A DNA stretch of 63,870 nt, filler included, from Octopus bimaculoides (Eukaryota), in NCBI RefSeq assembly GCF_001194135.2. It is 7 parts of 7 records of this genome, joined end to end, with 100 filler letters (N's around TTAATTAATTAA, not from the genome) between each part and the next. Parts side by side here need not be neighbours in the genome. Positions count along the whole stretch, not along the records: positions 51,844 to 55,892 come from NC_069006.1; positions 55,993 to 61,720 come from NC_068987.1; positions 61,821 to 63,870 come from NW_026360377.1; 4 more parts are not named here. One strand, 5' to 3'. The position numbers and the translations under genes were made by a program. A model generated the notes under the pieces. That model was not told where the DNA came from and searched no databases. It saw only the letters and a list, made by a program, of their open reading frames with translations. Shown here piece after piece: positions 51,844 through 63,549 of this stretch. The stretch's first letter is position 1. The number at the start of each line of letters is the position of its first letter.

Positions 51844-51881
<38 letters not shown>

Positions 51882-51885
<4 letters not shown>

Positions 51886-54160
51886 CTCTGCTTCTCACAA
51901 AAAGAAGCTGTTCATGAAGCAAACTAGAGTCACCCCAACTAGAAATAACATCTTAAACCTTTGCTTTACCAACAATGTGAAGATATCACCGACGGTCTTC
52001 TCAGACCACAACGTGATATTGGGTCAAAAACTAATTAAAGTTGTATTTCACACAGATGGCACTCAAACTGTATTCAGTCTGAATTTCTGCAATGCTAACT
52101 GGAAATCAATTGAGAAGCAAATAATCCAGCAAAAATGGCTTAAAAGTCTCTCTATGCAAGACATTGATATGTAACTAAGAGAATTCATGTCAATAGCGTC
52201 AGCCACATGCATTAAATTTGTTCCAGAGAAGAGAACCATTACATACAAAAACATTATTCCCAAGACAGGAGAGTTATTATGAGACAGAGAATAAAGCTCT
52301 CCATCCACTTAAATAAGAAATTCCTCCTCTAAAAGGCATTTTTAGAGACCAAAAATAAACTTAGATTCACCCATGAAAAGCAAAGAGTAGAAAGAGAAAC
52401 CAGGGCAGTGGAGTATATAAAAGTAAATTGTAAAGCCTACAAGTTTTCAAAAGAATCTACCTCGATGTACTACTACAAGACAAGGCTACTGTTTGAAGGA
52501 GATGGCTCACTAACTGCAGCCCCAGGAGGATAAGTGTAGTGCTATATAAACAATTCCAAAGTGTCTTCACCTCTCCAGTGAGAAACATGTGAATAAACAA
52601 GTCTGATCTGTTTTTCAAAATTGCAGATCTACATAAGAAGGAGGCAACCATCGATTACACAGGAATATCAGCCATTGATGAGATGGACTCAAATTCAGCA
52701 ACAGATCCTGATGGATTTCTAGTTGTTCTGTTAAAACAGCGCTTCCTAAACTATGGGTCGTGACCCCAAATGGGGTTGTGAAGCAAATTGCTGGAGTCGT
52801 GAAAATTAAATTCAAACACTTGAATTTCAGTTTATTTAATACTCAGGGTCAGGAAAAATCTTGTGATGAAAAATGGGGTCATGAATGATAAAAGTTTAAG
52901 AAGAGCTGTGTTAAAGACATGCAACAAACCTCTAACGAAACCACCACACATACCCGTTCAGAGCTTCCTTGCATGTGGTAAACTTGTCAAACTGTTAAAA
53001 GAAGGTATAATATGCCATTCATAAAGGAGGAAGCAGAACAGATGCTAAAAATGAAAAACCTATCTCTTTCTGATGTCATGGAATGCATTGTTAAAAGGAG
53101 GCTCATCACATTCTTGAAAGAAAATAACTTTCACACAAACACGCAACATGTCTACCATCCAGGGAGTAGCTGCCTCACACAGCTACTACAGCATTATGAT
53201 TGGGTACTGAAACAGCAGTTCAATCACTCAAATGTGGATATGATATATCTCGACTTTGCCAAGCCAGTTGACAAAGTTGATCATGCGATTATATGTCACA
53301 AACTGCATGACTTTGGTATCACTAGAAAACTAGGAGGGTGGCTGTATGACTTCTTAAAAAGTAGATATCAAACAGTTGCAGCCAATGGGGCACTTTATAG
53401 GGAGACATCAATTCACAGCAACGTCCCTTAAGGAACTGCGCTGGGACCACAACTGTTTGTATTGGCTCTCTCATACATACCCTCAGCCATACAATCTGCC
53501 ACTCTCATCAGCCATGCCTATGATACAACGTATCACAGAAGGACAAGGACCCTGATGACATACTAAAACTGCAAAAAGATCTAAATTCAATATACAAATG
53601 GGCTGATGAAAATAACATACAATTCGATGCTAAGAAGTTCCAAAAACTCCACTATTGGCCCACAAACAGATTACAATCAAAATACATTGGACCAGTGGGT
53701 AGAGGAATCCTTGAGCTGGAATCAGTGTATGACCTGGGAATCCACATGAGTAATAATGCATATTTCCAGGATAGCAACACTGTGCAGGTGAACAACTGGT
53801 TTGGGTCCTTAGATCATTCAGAACCAGAAAGGATACCATGCTACTTCTATGGAGGACTTTGTTCTTAGTCGTCTGGAATACTGTTCCCAAATATGGTCAC
53901 TGCAAAGTGTCAAATTGGTGGCCGAACTTGAAATAATCCAGTGCCACTACACAAAGAAGGTTAACTCGGTGAAACAGATGAGCTACTGGGGAAGGCTACA
54001 AGAACTGAAGTTCTACTCCCTGGAGATAAGGCGAGAAAACTATGCAGTGATATATATGGAAGATCCTGGAAGGTCTGACTCCCAACTTTGAAATTCAAAG
54101 TTATACCAACCACTGAACTGAACGGCACTGCATAATACCAAATATCCCATCTTCTTCAAA
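51882..54160 (+). mobile_element. Decayed CR1/L2-group LINE ORF2 (end of APE + RT)
   Basis: PTRNNILNLCFTN..SDHN (APE end), DPDGF..LLK, YLDFAKPVDKVDH..KL..FGI..W..FL..R.Q, VP*GTALGP.LF, VLSRLEYCSQIW, SYWGRLQELKFYSLEIRRENY. Many stops and frameshifts. Confidence 0.9.
52737..52908. mobile_element. 172-bp hAT-type MITE inserted in the LINE
   Basis: TIRs CAGCGCTTCCTAAACT and AGTTTAAGAAGAGCTG (14/16). 8-bp TSD TGTTAAAA/TGTTAAAG at 52729-52736 and 52909-52916. Confidence 0.88.
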
Positions 54161-54279
54161 GCAATGGTGGGGGTACAAACGCAGACACACACACACACAA
54201 ATATACACATATATACGACAGTCTTCTTTCAGTTATCGTGTACGAAGTCCACTCACAAGACTTTGGTCGATCTGAGGCT

Positions 54280-54283
<4 letters not shown>
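54160..54283 (-). mobile_element. CORE-like SINE central fragment
   Basis: Reverse complement TATAGCCTCAGATCGACCAAAGTCTTGTGAGTGGA...ACTGAAAGAAGACTGTCGTATATATG matches the 1825-1900 region. Confidence 0.75.
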
Positions 54284-54337
<54 letters not shown>

Positions 54338-54964
54338 GCCATCCAAGTGCCATCCATCAACATGTGCTATCACTTTGATGGTGGACTCTTCAATCTCGCA
54401 CGTCTCCGTGCAAAGACAATGACCTCCGCTCTCTCATTCTTTGCATCCAGAAGGGTTCCACTTTTAGTTTCTTGTCAACTACAGCCGCCTTGAGCTGGTT
54501 TCATCTGCCATGCCTACCACCTCGATGGCTTCTTTATGTCATTTGTGTACAGACTCATCTTCAGCAGGAAATCATAGGAAATAAGCAGTACATGTGTGCT
54601 TTATAAATATTCTTTCTATAGTTATAAGGTTAATATACAATATTAAACATTCTCATATACTCTTTTAAGAATGATATTAATCCACAGTTTTATACATTTT
54701 TAATTAATATCAGAATCTGGTCCATTATTAAGAACAATATTATCAGAATAATTATTGGTTTAAATCCTGGCACAAATTCTGGACCACTAAACAAGACATG
54801 CTAGGAACCACACAGGTGTTCAACTGTATCAATGCAATATTTGTATGACCTTGTTTACCCAGAGCGACCATATGGGAAGGCACCGGTTAATCCACACAAA
54901 GAGCAAATATTCTTGTTTTATATATAAGAAAACATTTTTGAAAAGAGAGAGTTTTGTTAAGCAA

Positions 54965-55148
54965 GTCTGTGGGTGGGCTTAAGTCGATTACATCGACCCC
55001 AGTACTCATCTAGTACTTATTTTACTGGCCCTGAAAGGACGAAAGTCAAATTCAACTTTGGTGAAATTTAAACTCAGAACTTAAAAGCAGACGAAATGGC
55101 GCTAAGCATTTTGCCTGACATGCTAACAATTTTGTCATCTCACCACCT
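54965..55148 (-). mobile_element. SINE family A copy
   Basis: Reverse complement of family A head and core. Confidence 0.85.
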
Positions 55149-55230
55149 GTGAGAATAACTAAAACTATAACAAGGACTTCTCTCAGAACAAAAGGTATTT
55201 AATCATAATATTTATATTGTTTTTCCATAG

Positions 55231-55388
55231 GAATTACCGACAATGAAATCTTGGCCCAATGCGTATTACTTTTCTTGGCTGGTTACGAAACTACCGCTTC
55301 TACTCTTACCTTCTTTACACATTTGATGGCATTAAACCCTGAACACCAAGAAAAATTGCACCAAGAGATTGAAGATGTTTTGGGAGAG
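55231..55388 (+). CDS. Cytochrome P450, clan 3 (CYP3A-like): I-helix exon
   Basis: Acceptor TTTTCCATAG, donor GAG/GTAAGT. Phase 1 entry, phase 0 exit. Reads ITDNEILAQCVLLFLAGYETTASTLTFFTHLMALNPEHQEKLHQEIEDVLGE, with the AGYETT oxygen-binding motif. Confidence 0.95.
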
Positions 55389-55647
55389 GTAAGTATATTA
55401 CAGCTAGTTAGAAATTTCGTTGCTGATTTAATTCAAGATTTACGATTTTTGGCGGATGTGCTAAAAAAAAAGGTTGGCACTTGCCCTCAAAGTTTGTCCG
55501 GGCAAGTGGGGACCTTCATAATGCCAAACAGATATTCTCCATCGTTGAGACGGTGGCAAAACAAAATTGCTTGTGTGGAGCCCTAATAAAACTGGAACAA
55601 TGAGATTATTAATACTGTTATAATAATTTCCTTATTTTCTTTTCTAG

Positions 55648-55736
55648 GATCTTGCTACTTATGACAGTGTTCAGAAATTACCTTACCTCAACATGTGCAT
55701 GGATGAGACACTGAGATTGTATCCCATTGCGAGTTC
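55648..55736 (+). CDS. Cytochrome P450, clan 3: K-helix (ExxR) exon
   Basis: Acceptor TTTTCTTTTCTAG, donor TC/GTACGT. In frame with the previous exon. Reads DLATYDSVQKLPYLNMCMDETLRLYPIAS, with ETLR. Confidence 0.95.
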
Positions 55737-56063
55737 GTACGTTTCCTTTGCCTTTGTTTCGGATATATTCACATATTTTTTCTTCAGTAGGTTTTCCCTT
55801 ACTTCACTGCGATGCATACATATATTTATGGGTAAATTTATGTATATATCTTGTGTAGGAATGAGTGAGTGTTTGGATGTGCACGTGTATGTNNNNNNNN
55901 NNNNNNNNNNNNNNNNNNNNNNNNNNNNNNNNNNNNTTAATTAATTAANNNNNNNNNNNNNNNNNNNNNNNNNNNNNNNNNNNNNNNNNNNNCCGCTAAG
56001 CATTTCGCCTGGTGTGCTAACGATTCTGCCAGCTCGTCGTCATATGAAAATAATAGTGACAAC

Positions 56064-56124
<61 letters not shown>

Positions 56125-56315
56125 ATGATGATGATGATGATGATGATGATCGTTCATATTCATCTATGTATGATATTGATGCTTCAAAAACATAACAGCA
56201 CTACTGCAATGCATGTAGCTTGATAAATTGTTGAAACACTGAGAGTAGCCAATGAAAAACTGTGGCAATAGCAGTAACAACAACAATAACAATAATAATA
56301 TTAATGATGATGATG

Positions 56316-56347
<32 letters not shown>

Positions 56348-57732
56348 GATGATGATGATGATGACCACGACGATCATGATAATGATAATGATGACAATGA
56401 CGATGATGAAATAAATAAATAAATCAGTAGGGAGGACAATTGCTGTTATGTCCCGAGGCCAATTTATGTTGAGCAGCTTAGCCAGATAAAGCTTTTGTCG
56501 CTTGGTAAGATTATGGCAGCATGTTTTTGCGCACAACATGATGTTGCTACAATAGTGGGCGCTGATGTGACACATGCAACAGTCATATTATTTCAGTATA
56601 GTCAATTGCAGCACAATTAAAGGAAGGAAAATATCAACTGGAAAGCGTAGGATTTCACTGTGTGCTATGACATATATTCATTCATTGGATGTAGCTAAGG
56701 AAACAATGAAGTACGCATCGGAAAAATTGTCGTTAATGCAGCTCTTACTATAATTGGTTTTGTTTCTGAAAATAATGTTCTTTTCATAATTATGGAATTG
56801 AAATAGACAAATTGGTATTGGGCCAAGGTGTGATATTTGATTGAAAGTCTTGGACAGTAATAACTTAGTAGTGTACAGATGTGTTATATTTCTATGTGTA
56901 GTTAAGTGAAATAGCAATGTGGAGTAATCATTCCTGAATACTCCACAACAGGTGGTAGGTAACTAGTTTTTGTTGTAAGTGCATTACATATCTTAATTTT
57001 CTAGTATATTCCTGGTAGTCGTTTGAACCCTTACCTCTTTCACAGGAGTTTATTGATTTCGTATAGTGCTGCCTTGAGGAGAAAGGGTATTATTAGATGG
57101 TTGCTTAGTATATGAATCTTATAGGTGGGGACAGGCAGTTCGGAAGTATGGGGATGTCAATCCTGTTTAGAACTAACTCTGCAACTTCAAACACACCGAT
57201 GCCATTCCTTCATTTTGTAATTCTATTTCTCTTGATAAACCAAAGATTTTATACCCACATAAAATAATTTTCTTGCTATTGTCCTTGCAATGTCTTCGAG
57301 AAAGCTCACAATCTGTATTCTTTTTATATTTTCGCACACACAAATGCTTAAGGCTTCTCGCTTAACAACTAACCATTCTGTTCAGGATTGATTTCTTTTT
57401 TGTTTAATTTTCAATGTTTTTCTCTATTTCAGTTGCATAAAACGAAACGATAATATGAAACAAAAGACATATAGTTTCTTCCTTCAGTAACTTCTAACAA
57501 ATACAATCCTGCTACTGTATGATCGATCTCCTGCAAATGGAAATATATCTATACAATACTTGAGAATACTACTATTACACCAAGAGCCAACGAATGAAAT
57601 CTAGAAGTTTCACAAAGTTTTAGAACTAGGAACTCAAATCTCCAACTCATTACACCTCTTTAAAATAGTACACAGTGGATAATATACCACGTGGTACATT
57701 ATACCTATTCTATATTTAAGAGATGAGGAATT

Positions 57733-57890
57733 ATGTACATTATTTACATTATTTACAATTGACGGATATTTGTCCTCAACCTGTTTGTTGCTCACACAAC
57801 GTTTCGGCTGATATACCCTCCAGCCTTCATCAGGTGTTTTGGGGAAATTTCGAACCTGGGTTCTCATTCCTAAGGTATTTTTCGATGTTG
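57733..57890 (-). mobile_element. Tail of the hammerhead-bearing SINE, inverted partner of 58350-58638; hammerhead at 57793-57837
   Basis: Minus strand ACAC-CTGATGA-A-GGCTG(gagggtatat)CAGCC-GAAAC-GTT-GTGT: stem I 4 bp, stem II 5 bp, palindromic AACGTT. Confidence 0.8.
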
Positions 57891-57911
57891 TTGTTGTTAT
57901 TATTATTATTG

Positions 57912-57975
<64 letters not shown>

Positions 57976-58026
57976 CATTATTATTATTATTATTGTTGTT
58001 GTTGTTGTTGTAGTTGTNNNNNNNNN

Positions 58027-58262
58027 NAGCTCTGTGCGCCTTGGGTATGTGCTGTGGTTTGCTGTGGTGCTCTTATGTTTACTATATTGAAAGTGTTTTG
58101 CGTAGAATGTGTGCAGTACCCAGTAGTGCAATTTTCTGTATGTTATATATATTTGTAAGTCCTGGTGTTTTTGTTATGTATTTGTCTGAATATTTTTTTA
58201 TTATACCTAAGGCACCTACTATGATAGGAATTGTTTCTGCGTTGTCATCTGCTGGTATTGAT
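58027..58262 (-). mobile_element. R4/Dong-like family 2 3' end with an internal deletion
   Basis: Matches 31636-31940 closely (ETIPIIVGALGIIK..IALLGTAHILRK, same 3' UTR) but joins GATGACAACG directly to CAGAAACAATTCC, lacking about 78 bp. Confidence 0.85.
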
Positions 58263-58278
58263 AATAATAATAATAATA

Positions 58279-58324
<46 letters not shown>

Positions 58325-58349
58325 TCACTGCCATATGCCATATGCCCAC

Positions 58350-58420
58350 GGGCATATGGCGTAGTGGTTAAGAGCGCGGTTTACTAACCCCAAGATTCCG
58401 AGTTCGATTCCAGGCAGTGA

Positions 58421-58477
<57 letters not shown>

Positions 58478-58638
58478 CAACAACAACAACAGCAACAACA
58501 ACATCGAAAAATACCTTAGGAATGAGAACCCAAGACACCTGATGAAGGCAGGAGGGTATATCAGCAGAAACGTCGTGTTAACAACAAACAAGATGAGGAC
58601 AAATATCCGTCAATTGTAAATAATGTAAATAATGTACA
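58350..58638 (+). mobile_element. tRNA-headed SINE with internal (AAT)n and a hammerhead-bearing tail
   Basis: A box TGGCGTAGTGG and B box GTTCGATTCC (58402). Tail motif GACAC-CTGATGA-AGGCAG..CAGCA-GAAAC-GTC-GTGTT at 58534-58579. Confidence 0.8.
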
Positions 58639-60477
58639 TTATACTTGACAAAAATAAAGGAGTCACTCGGCTTTTAATGTGAGAGAATGACTTTGAACGT
58701 ATCCCTGCTTATTAAGTTCAATGTGGGCTTAACAACAATGACTTAGTTTACACTGTTTAGAACAACATGCATTAGACTTGGTCACCTATTCATTCATACC
58801 AAAGACCTAATTATTGCATGCAGGACGCATATACAAGTATCTTTAGTTCGTTGAAAGAAATTCGTATTTACACACACAAGAAGTTATACGCATCCATTCC
58901 ATTCATTCATCTATTCATATAAACACACACGCACAGACAAATGTATATTTCGAATTTTTTCTATGTACCAATTTCATGTTTTTTTTTTTTCCTCAAACTA
59001 TCTTATCTAATACTCGGGGAACGCAATGCTTCTCTTTTAGAGTGAGTGCATCGTTATCTATCGTTCAGCTAGAGTAATTTTGCGTTCGATTTTCTTGTTA
59101 GCGATTGGTTATGCATGTCCACAAGTTGAAACATTGTTACTCTTTATGGATTGTAGTCGGTGTAAGCACCGCATTTATTAAACCTCTAGCAAGGTCTAGT
59201 ACGAAAGTATTGACAACGCACCCTATTTTGCTTTGCTTACAGGTATCTCTCAGGTAGTACATGCTAGTTTTAGAGGCTTTGTTGCAATCCAAACGTTAGT
59301 CTCCCTCTCATCTTCCTGTAATAGTTGCTTGATTTCTTAAGCAGTTCTGTTTGCTTCTTTTTGCAAAATTGATTTCGTTCTTTTTGTTCATCCTTTTATA
59401 TTTTAATGATAATAATTCTGTCGGTTGTGGTAATGATGACGGTGGATGCTTTTCTATTTCATAGTCAAGTCCTTGTGGAGTTTTCTATTGTATTGGTTTA
59501 GCAGTTTATGTTTGTACTAGTATTATTGACATGTGATTTAGTACATCAATACCCCGATTCAATATTCTTGTTAGGATTCATAAATGAGGAATTATGATGG
59601 TAAACGATCGAGAAAATTAATCTTTCTTTCTCTTACGCTCAGCAACGGCCCTCTGGAAACCATCGCTTTTCATACTACCACTTTATATATCTTTGTCTTT
59701 AGATTTCTCTTCAAGATACCATGCCTGCAGGAGTAGACGATCTTTTTCGATTTTTCCAGTTTCGTTTCCCACTTTATGCAATTTTTACTTATTATATTTA
59801 CTGCTTAGAATAATCCGTGTAACAAGCTTAACGATATTTTGGAAGTATTTAATCTTTGTAGTAAATTGCTTTTCTTTATAGAATTCTACAAAAACAAAAT
59901 ACTAGTTTCATTTATTTATTGGATTTACTATGTAAAGTTTACAGTATAAAAGTTTAACATTGGGAAGTATATAACATTCGCTGACACAATTGTTACTAAA
60001 ATATTTTTATATCACTAGAATACTACTAATATATAACATTCTAGAATGCAAAGTAGAATGTAATATCAAGGTTTGTTGCACAAAAATGTTACTATTATAG
60101 ACAAGAATATACGTAGTTGAGGAATGTCCACCGAAAACCGTAGCTGTAATAGTAATGTAAATACAAATAAAATTATATATCCATTTATGCAGATAATAAT
60201 AGAATTAAAATAAAATACAAAAGAATAACTTACGCTATCCGTTTCTTTAGAAAGAAATGTGAGTCATGAATAAGAGTAAAATTGCCTATAAAATATAACT
60301 AATATGCTAGATTTGCCGGATTAAAATTTGTTTGCATTTATTGTTTAACCAACTAAACGTAGTTGAATAAAAATTCAGATTAAAATAAATATTATGCAGT
60401 AAAATCAAATGAAATTAACTGCTTATAAATCACTGAGGTAATCTAGAAATAATTTCAATGTTTGTTCGAGTTTAAAT

Positions 60478-60602
60478 GGAATTTATCCGAAGGGTAGAAA
60501 AGGAAAAGTTAACCTACGTAATATTTGAACTCTGAACGTAGAGAGCCGGAAGAAATGCCGTTAAGTATTTTATCCGACAGGTTAATAATTATGCTACCTT
60601 AA
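60478..60602 (-). mobile_element. SINE family A 5' part
   Basis: Reverse complement AAGGTAGCAT..ATACTTAACGGCATTTC..TACGTTCAGAGTTCAAAT. Confidence 0.75.
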
Positions 60603-60677
60603 CACCTTAAACTTATATATAAGGAATATATTTTTAACAAAAATTTTTTTTGAAAAATTTTTAAATTGCGTATATCC

Positions 60678-60708
<31 letters not shown>

Positions 60709-60781
60709 AGTACATGCATGTGAGCGAGTGAGTGAGTGAGTGAGTGAGTGAGTGAGTGAGTGTGTTTGTGTATTTGTGTGT

Positions 60782-60935
60782 GTATGTTTTTCCCCACCAC
60801 CGCTTGACAACCGGTGCTGGTGTGTTTACATCCCTGCCAAATGAGACAGACAGAATAAGTAACAGGCTTAAAGAATAATAAAAAGTGGTGCCCCAGTATG
60901 GCCGCAGTCTCACGACTGAAACACTTAATAAGAGT
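60782..60935 (+). mobile_element. CORE-like SINE 3' part
   Basis: CCACCACCGCTTGACAACCGGTGCTGGTGTGTTTAC...ATGGCCGCAGTC..GACTGAAAC. Confidence 0.75.
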
Positions 60936-61820
60936 GTTAAACTTTACTTACATTTATTGATCTCAATGTTGGATTTAAAACCAGGTCACCAAAGTACTTC
61001 GCATTTTCTGTAAGAGAGAAAAAAAGAAGAATTATTCCTTCCCTAAGAAGAATGGACGTAATCATAGCTTGATGATGAATGAGGTAAAAAAGGACAATAA
61101 TCAAACTTATAGCTTCGCACTTCTTACATCTAATTCCCCACACAGAATTTTAGTACAAGAAGCTGTCAGCGAGCCGGTTCCGCTGTGTAGCTTCGATTAA
61201 ATACGGAATCACTTTACCTAAATTACTTTTAACATAGAAAATGCAACAAAGGTTATGAGTCTTCGAACTTCTCACAATCAATGCCAGTTGGTTTGTCTTT
61301 TGTTTTGGGCTAGAATGTAATTCCTTGGTTGTATAGATTGGTAAAAAAAGATCGCGAACTCATTACTTTAAACCATTTACATTTTTTCACACTCTGTTCT
61401 AAGCTGATGCCCGTATAGACCATTTTAATTTCTAATTCGACCAGAGTTGCAATACTAGGAGAGGAAATACGTCATGTGATCCAATTAAGGACATTTGCAA
61501 AGGATTTTGATGACCAACAAATCTGAATTTATTTAGTGCTTATTTTTTATCTTTTATTTGTTTCAGTCATAAGACGGTAGTGATGTTGGTGCACCATCTT
61601 CAACCGACCCCGATATAAACATTTTTAAAGTCTGGTATTTATTCAACTAGTATCATGTATTTGGAACGTAAACAAAGCAGGTCATGTTGTAAAAACACAA
61701 AGACAAACACACACAATATANNNNNNNNNNNNNNNNNNNNNNNNNNNNNNNNNNNNNNNNNNNNTTAATTAATTAANNNNNNNNNNNNNNNNNNNNNNNN
61801 NNNNNNNNNNNNNNNNNNNN

Positions 61821-63493
61821 CACCGTATAATAGGGATTTACAGACTTTAGAGGATAGTATTTGGAAAGTAATGAAAAATATTAGATTTCATAAATATCCA
61901 AATAGACAATCATTATTTAAGAAATCTAGCCATTAAAATTAAACAATTTAGAAATATGGATGGAATTATAGTACAATCAGATAAAACTAGGAACCTATAT
62001 AAACTAGATGTAAAACTATATGATTATTTATTAGAGAAAGAAATTAATAAAAAATATAAAATAGTTCCAGATAATACTTTATATTCGATAAATAAGGCCT
62101 CTAAATTAATAATGTTTAAATATGAACTTGATAATAAGACAGAACCTTATGTACCTATGCACCCTAAAATTACATTAAAAGACCATAAGGATAACTTTTA
62201 TTCTGACCCTAAAGTTAGATTTAGCTGTCCTTGTAAGTCAGATCTAGGTAAATTAAGTAAAATAATTTTAGACAAATATATCAATAGATTAAATGGAATT
62301 AATTATCTTAAATTATGGAATAGTACTGTTGATACATTAAATTGGTTTAATAATATTAAAGATAAAAATAGATATAAATTTATTCAAATAGATATTGATA
62401 ATTATTCTTCTATTAACGAAATTGTACTAAATAAGGCCCTAATTTTTGCTATGAAGAAAGTAGGTATGACTTATGATGAAGTAAATGTAGTTAAAATGGC
62501 TAGGAAATCATTCATTAAATATGATAATAAACTGTGGGCTAGGAAAGATACTAGGCACTATTTTGATATACCAATGGGGGCGTCTGATTCAGCACAGGTA
62601 ACTGATTTAGTAGGTATATATTTATTATCTGAACTTGAACTTAAAAACTTAAAATTGGAGGGTGGTTTATATAGGGATGACCTTTTATTACTTACTAAAA
62701 ATTGCTCTAATAGAAAACTAGAATTATATAAGGAGAGGATATTTAGTTTTTAAAAAAGAAATGGTTTAAAGATTACTATTTATAGTGAGTACTATAATAT
62801 AAATTATTTACATGCTAATTTTAACTTATCTACTGGTAATACCCAACCTTACCATAAGATTAATGAAAATATTAAATACATTCATGCGAAAAGTAATCAC
62901 CCACCCTCAATTAAAAATCATTAACATTTACTATAGGTAAGCGAATATCTTTACTATCTTCAAATATAGAGATCGTTGAAAAACATGGACCTTATTACAA
63001 TAAAGCCCTTTAAGAGGTGGGATATATTAATGATATAAATTTTTTTAATAATCCGAAATATATTTATAATTTTATTACTAATAAACATAACTTTTATACT
63101 CATGATAATGTCTTCTTAGGTAATAATAATAAGAATAATAGGTATTATGATAATAAATTACCTAAATATAAACATAATTTTAATGGAAACAATTTTAAAT
63201 ATGATTTTAATTTTTTTAATGATAATAATAAATTTAATAATATTAATAATAAATACAATAATATCTCTGGCTAATTATTCCATACGGCGTTCGAATTAAA
63301 ACTAACATTATTAATGAAATTTTAAAAGTTATTGATTTATTACTTAGAGATAACAAAAAACTATCATTATATATTTTCTACAAATGATTTTGGTGTAGTT
63401 TATTCTACTACTAATAATGTTGCTAATGTTATCTCCTTTTTTTTATAAATTTAAGTTAAATAAGTATTATAAATTTAAATTTAATAATCATTC

Positions 63494-63549
<56 letters not shown>

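Noticed and set aside
55389-55586. Extension of ORF 55251-55586 past VLGE, and of ORF 55693-55944 past PIAS
   Set aside because: Intron read-through beyond clear GT donors; P450 similarity stops at the splice sites.
56597-56750. Frame STIKGRKISTG..IH..YASEKL (and TCIRLGHLFIHTK near 58760) as the next P450 exon
   Set aside because: No PERF or H-x-D-P motif, and an in-frame stop without a suitable donor; the resemblance is at chance level.
58350-58427. tRNA gene (also at 46261 and the family A heads)
   Set aside because: A and B boxes are present, but I could not fold a complete cloverleaf and each continues into a repeat body, so these are SINE heads.
59050-59580. Minus-strand coding-like remnant (EIKQLLQEDERETNVWIATKPL..), and a similar one at 57000-57420
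   Set aside because: Multiple stops and no motif I can assign. A tBLASTx search against repeat and viral libraries would be needed.
61160-61193. Small GC-rich hairpin AAGCT..CAGCG..CGCTG..AGCTT
   Set aside because: Short interrupted stems are expected by chance and there is no supporting context.
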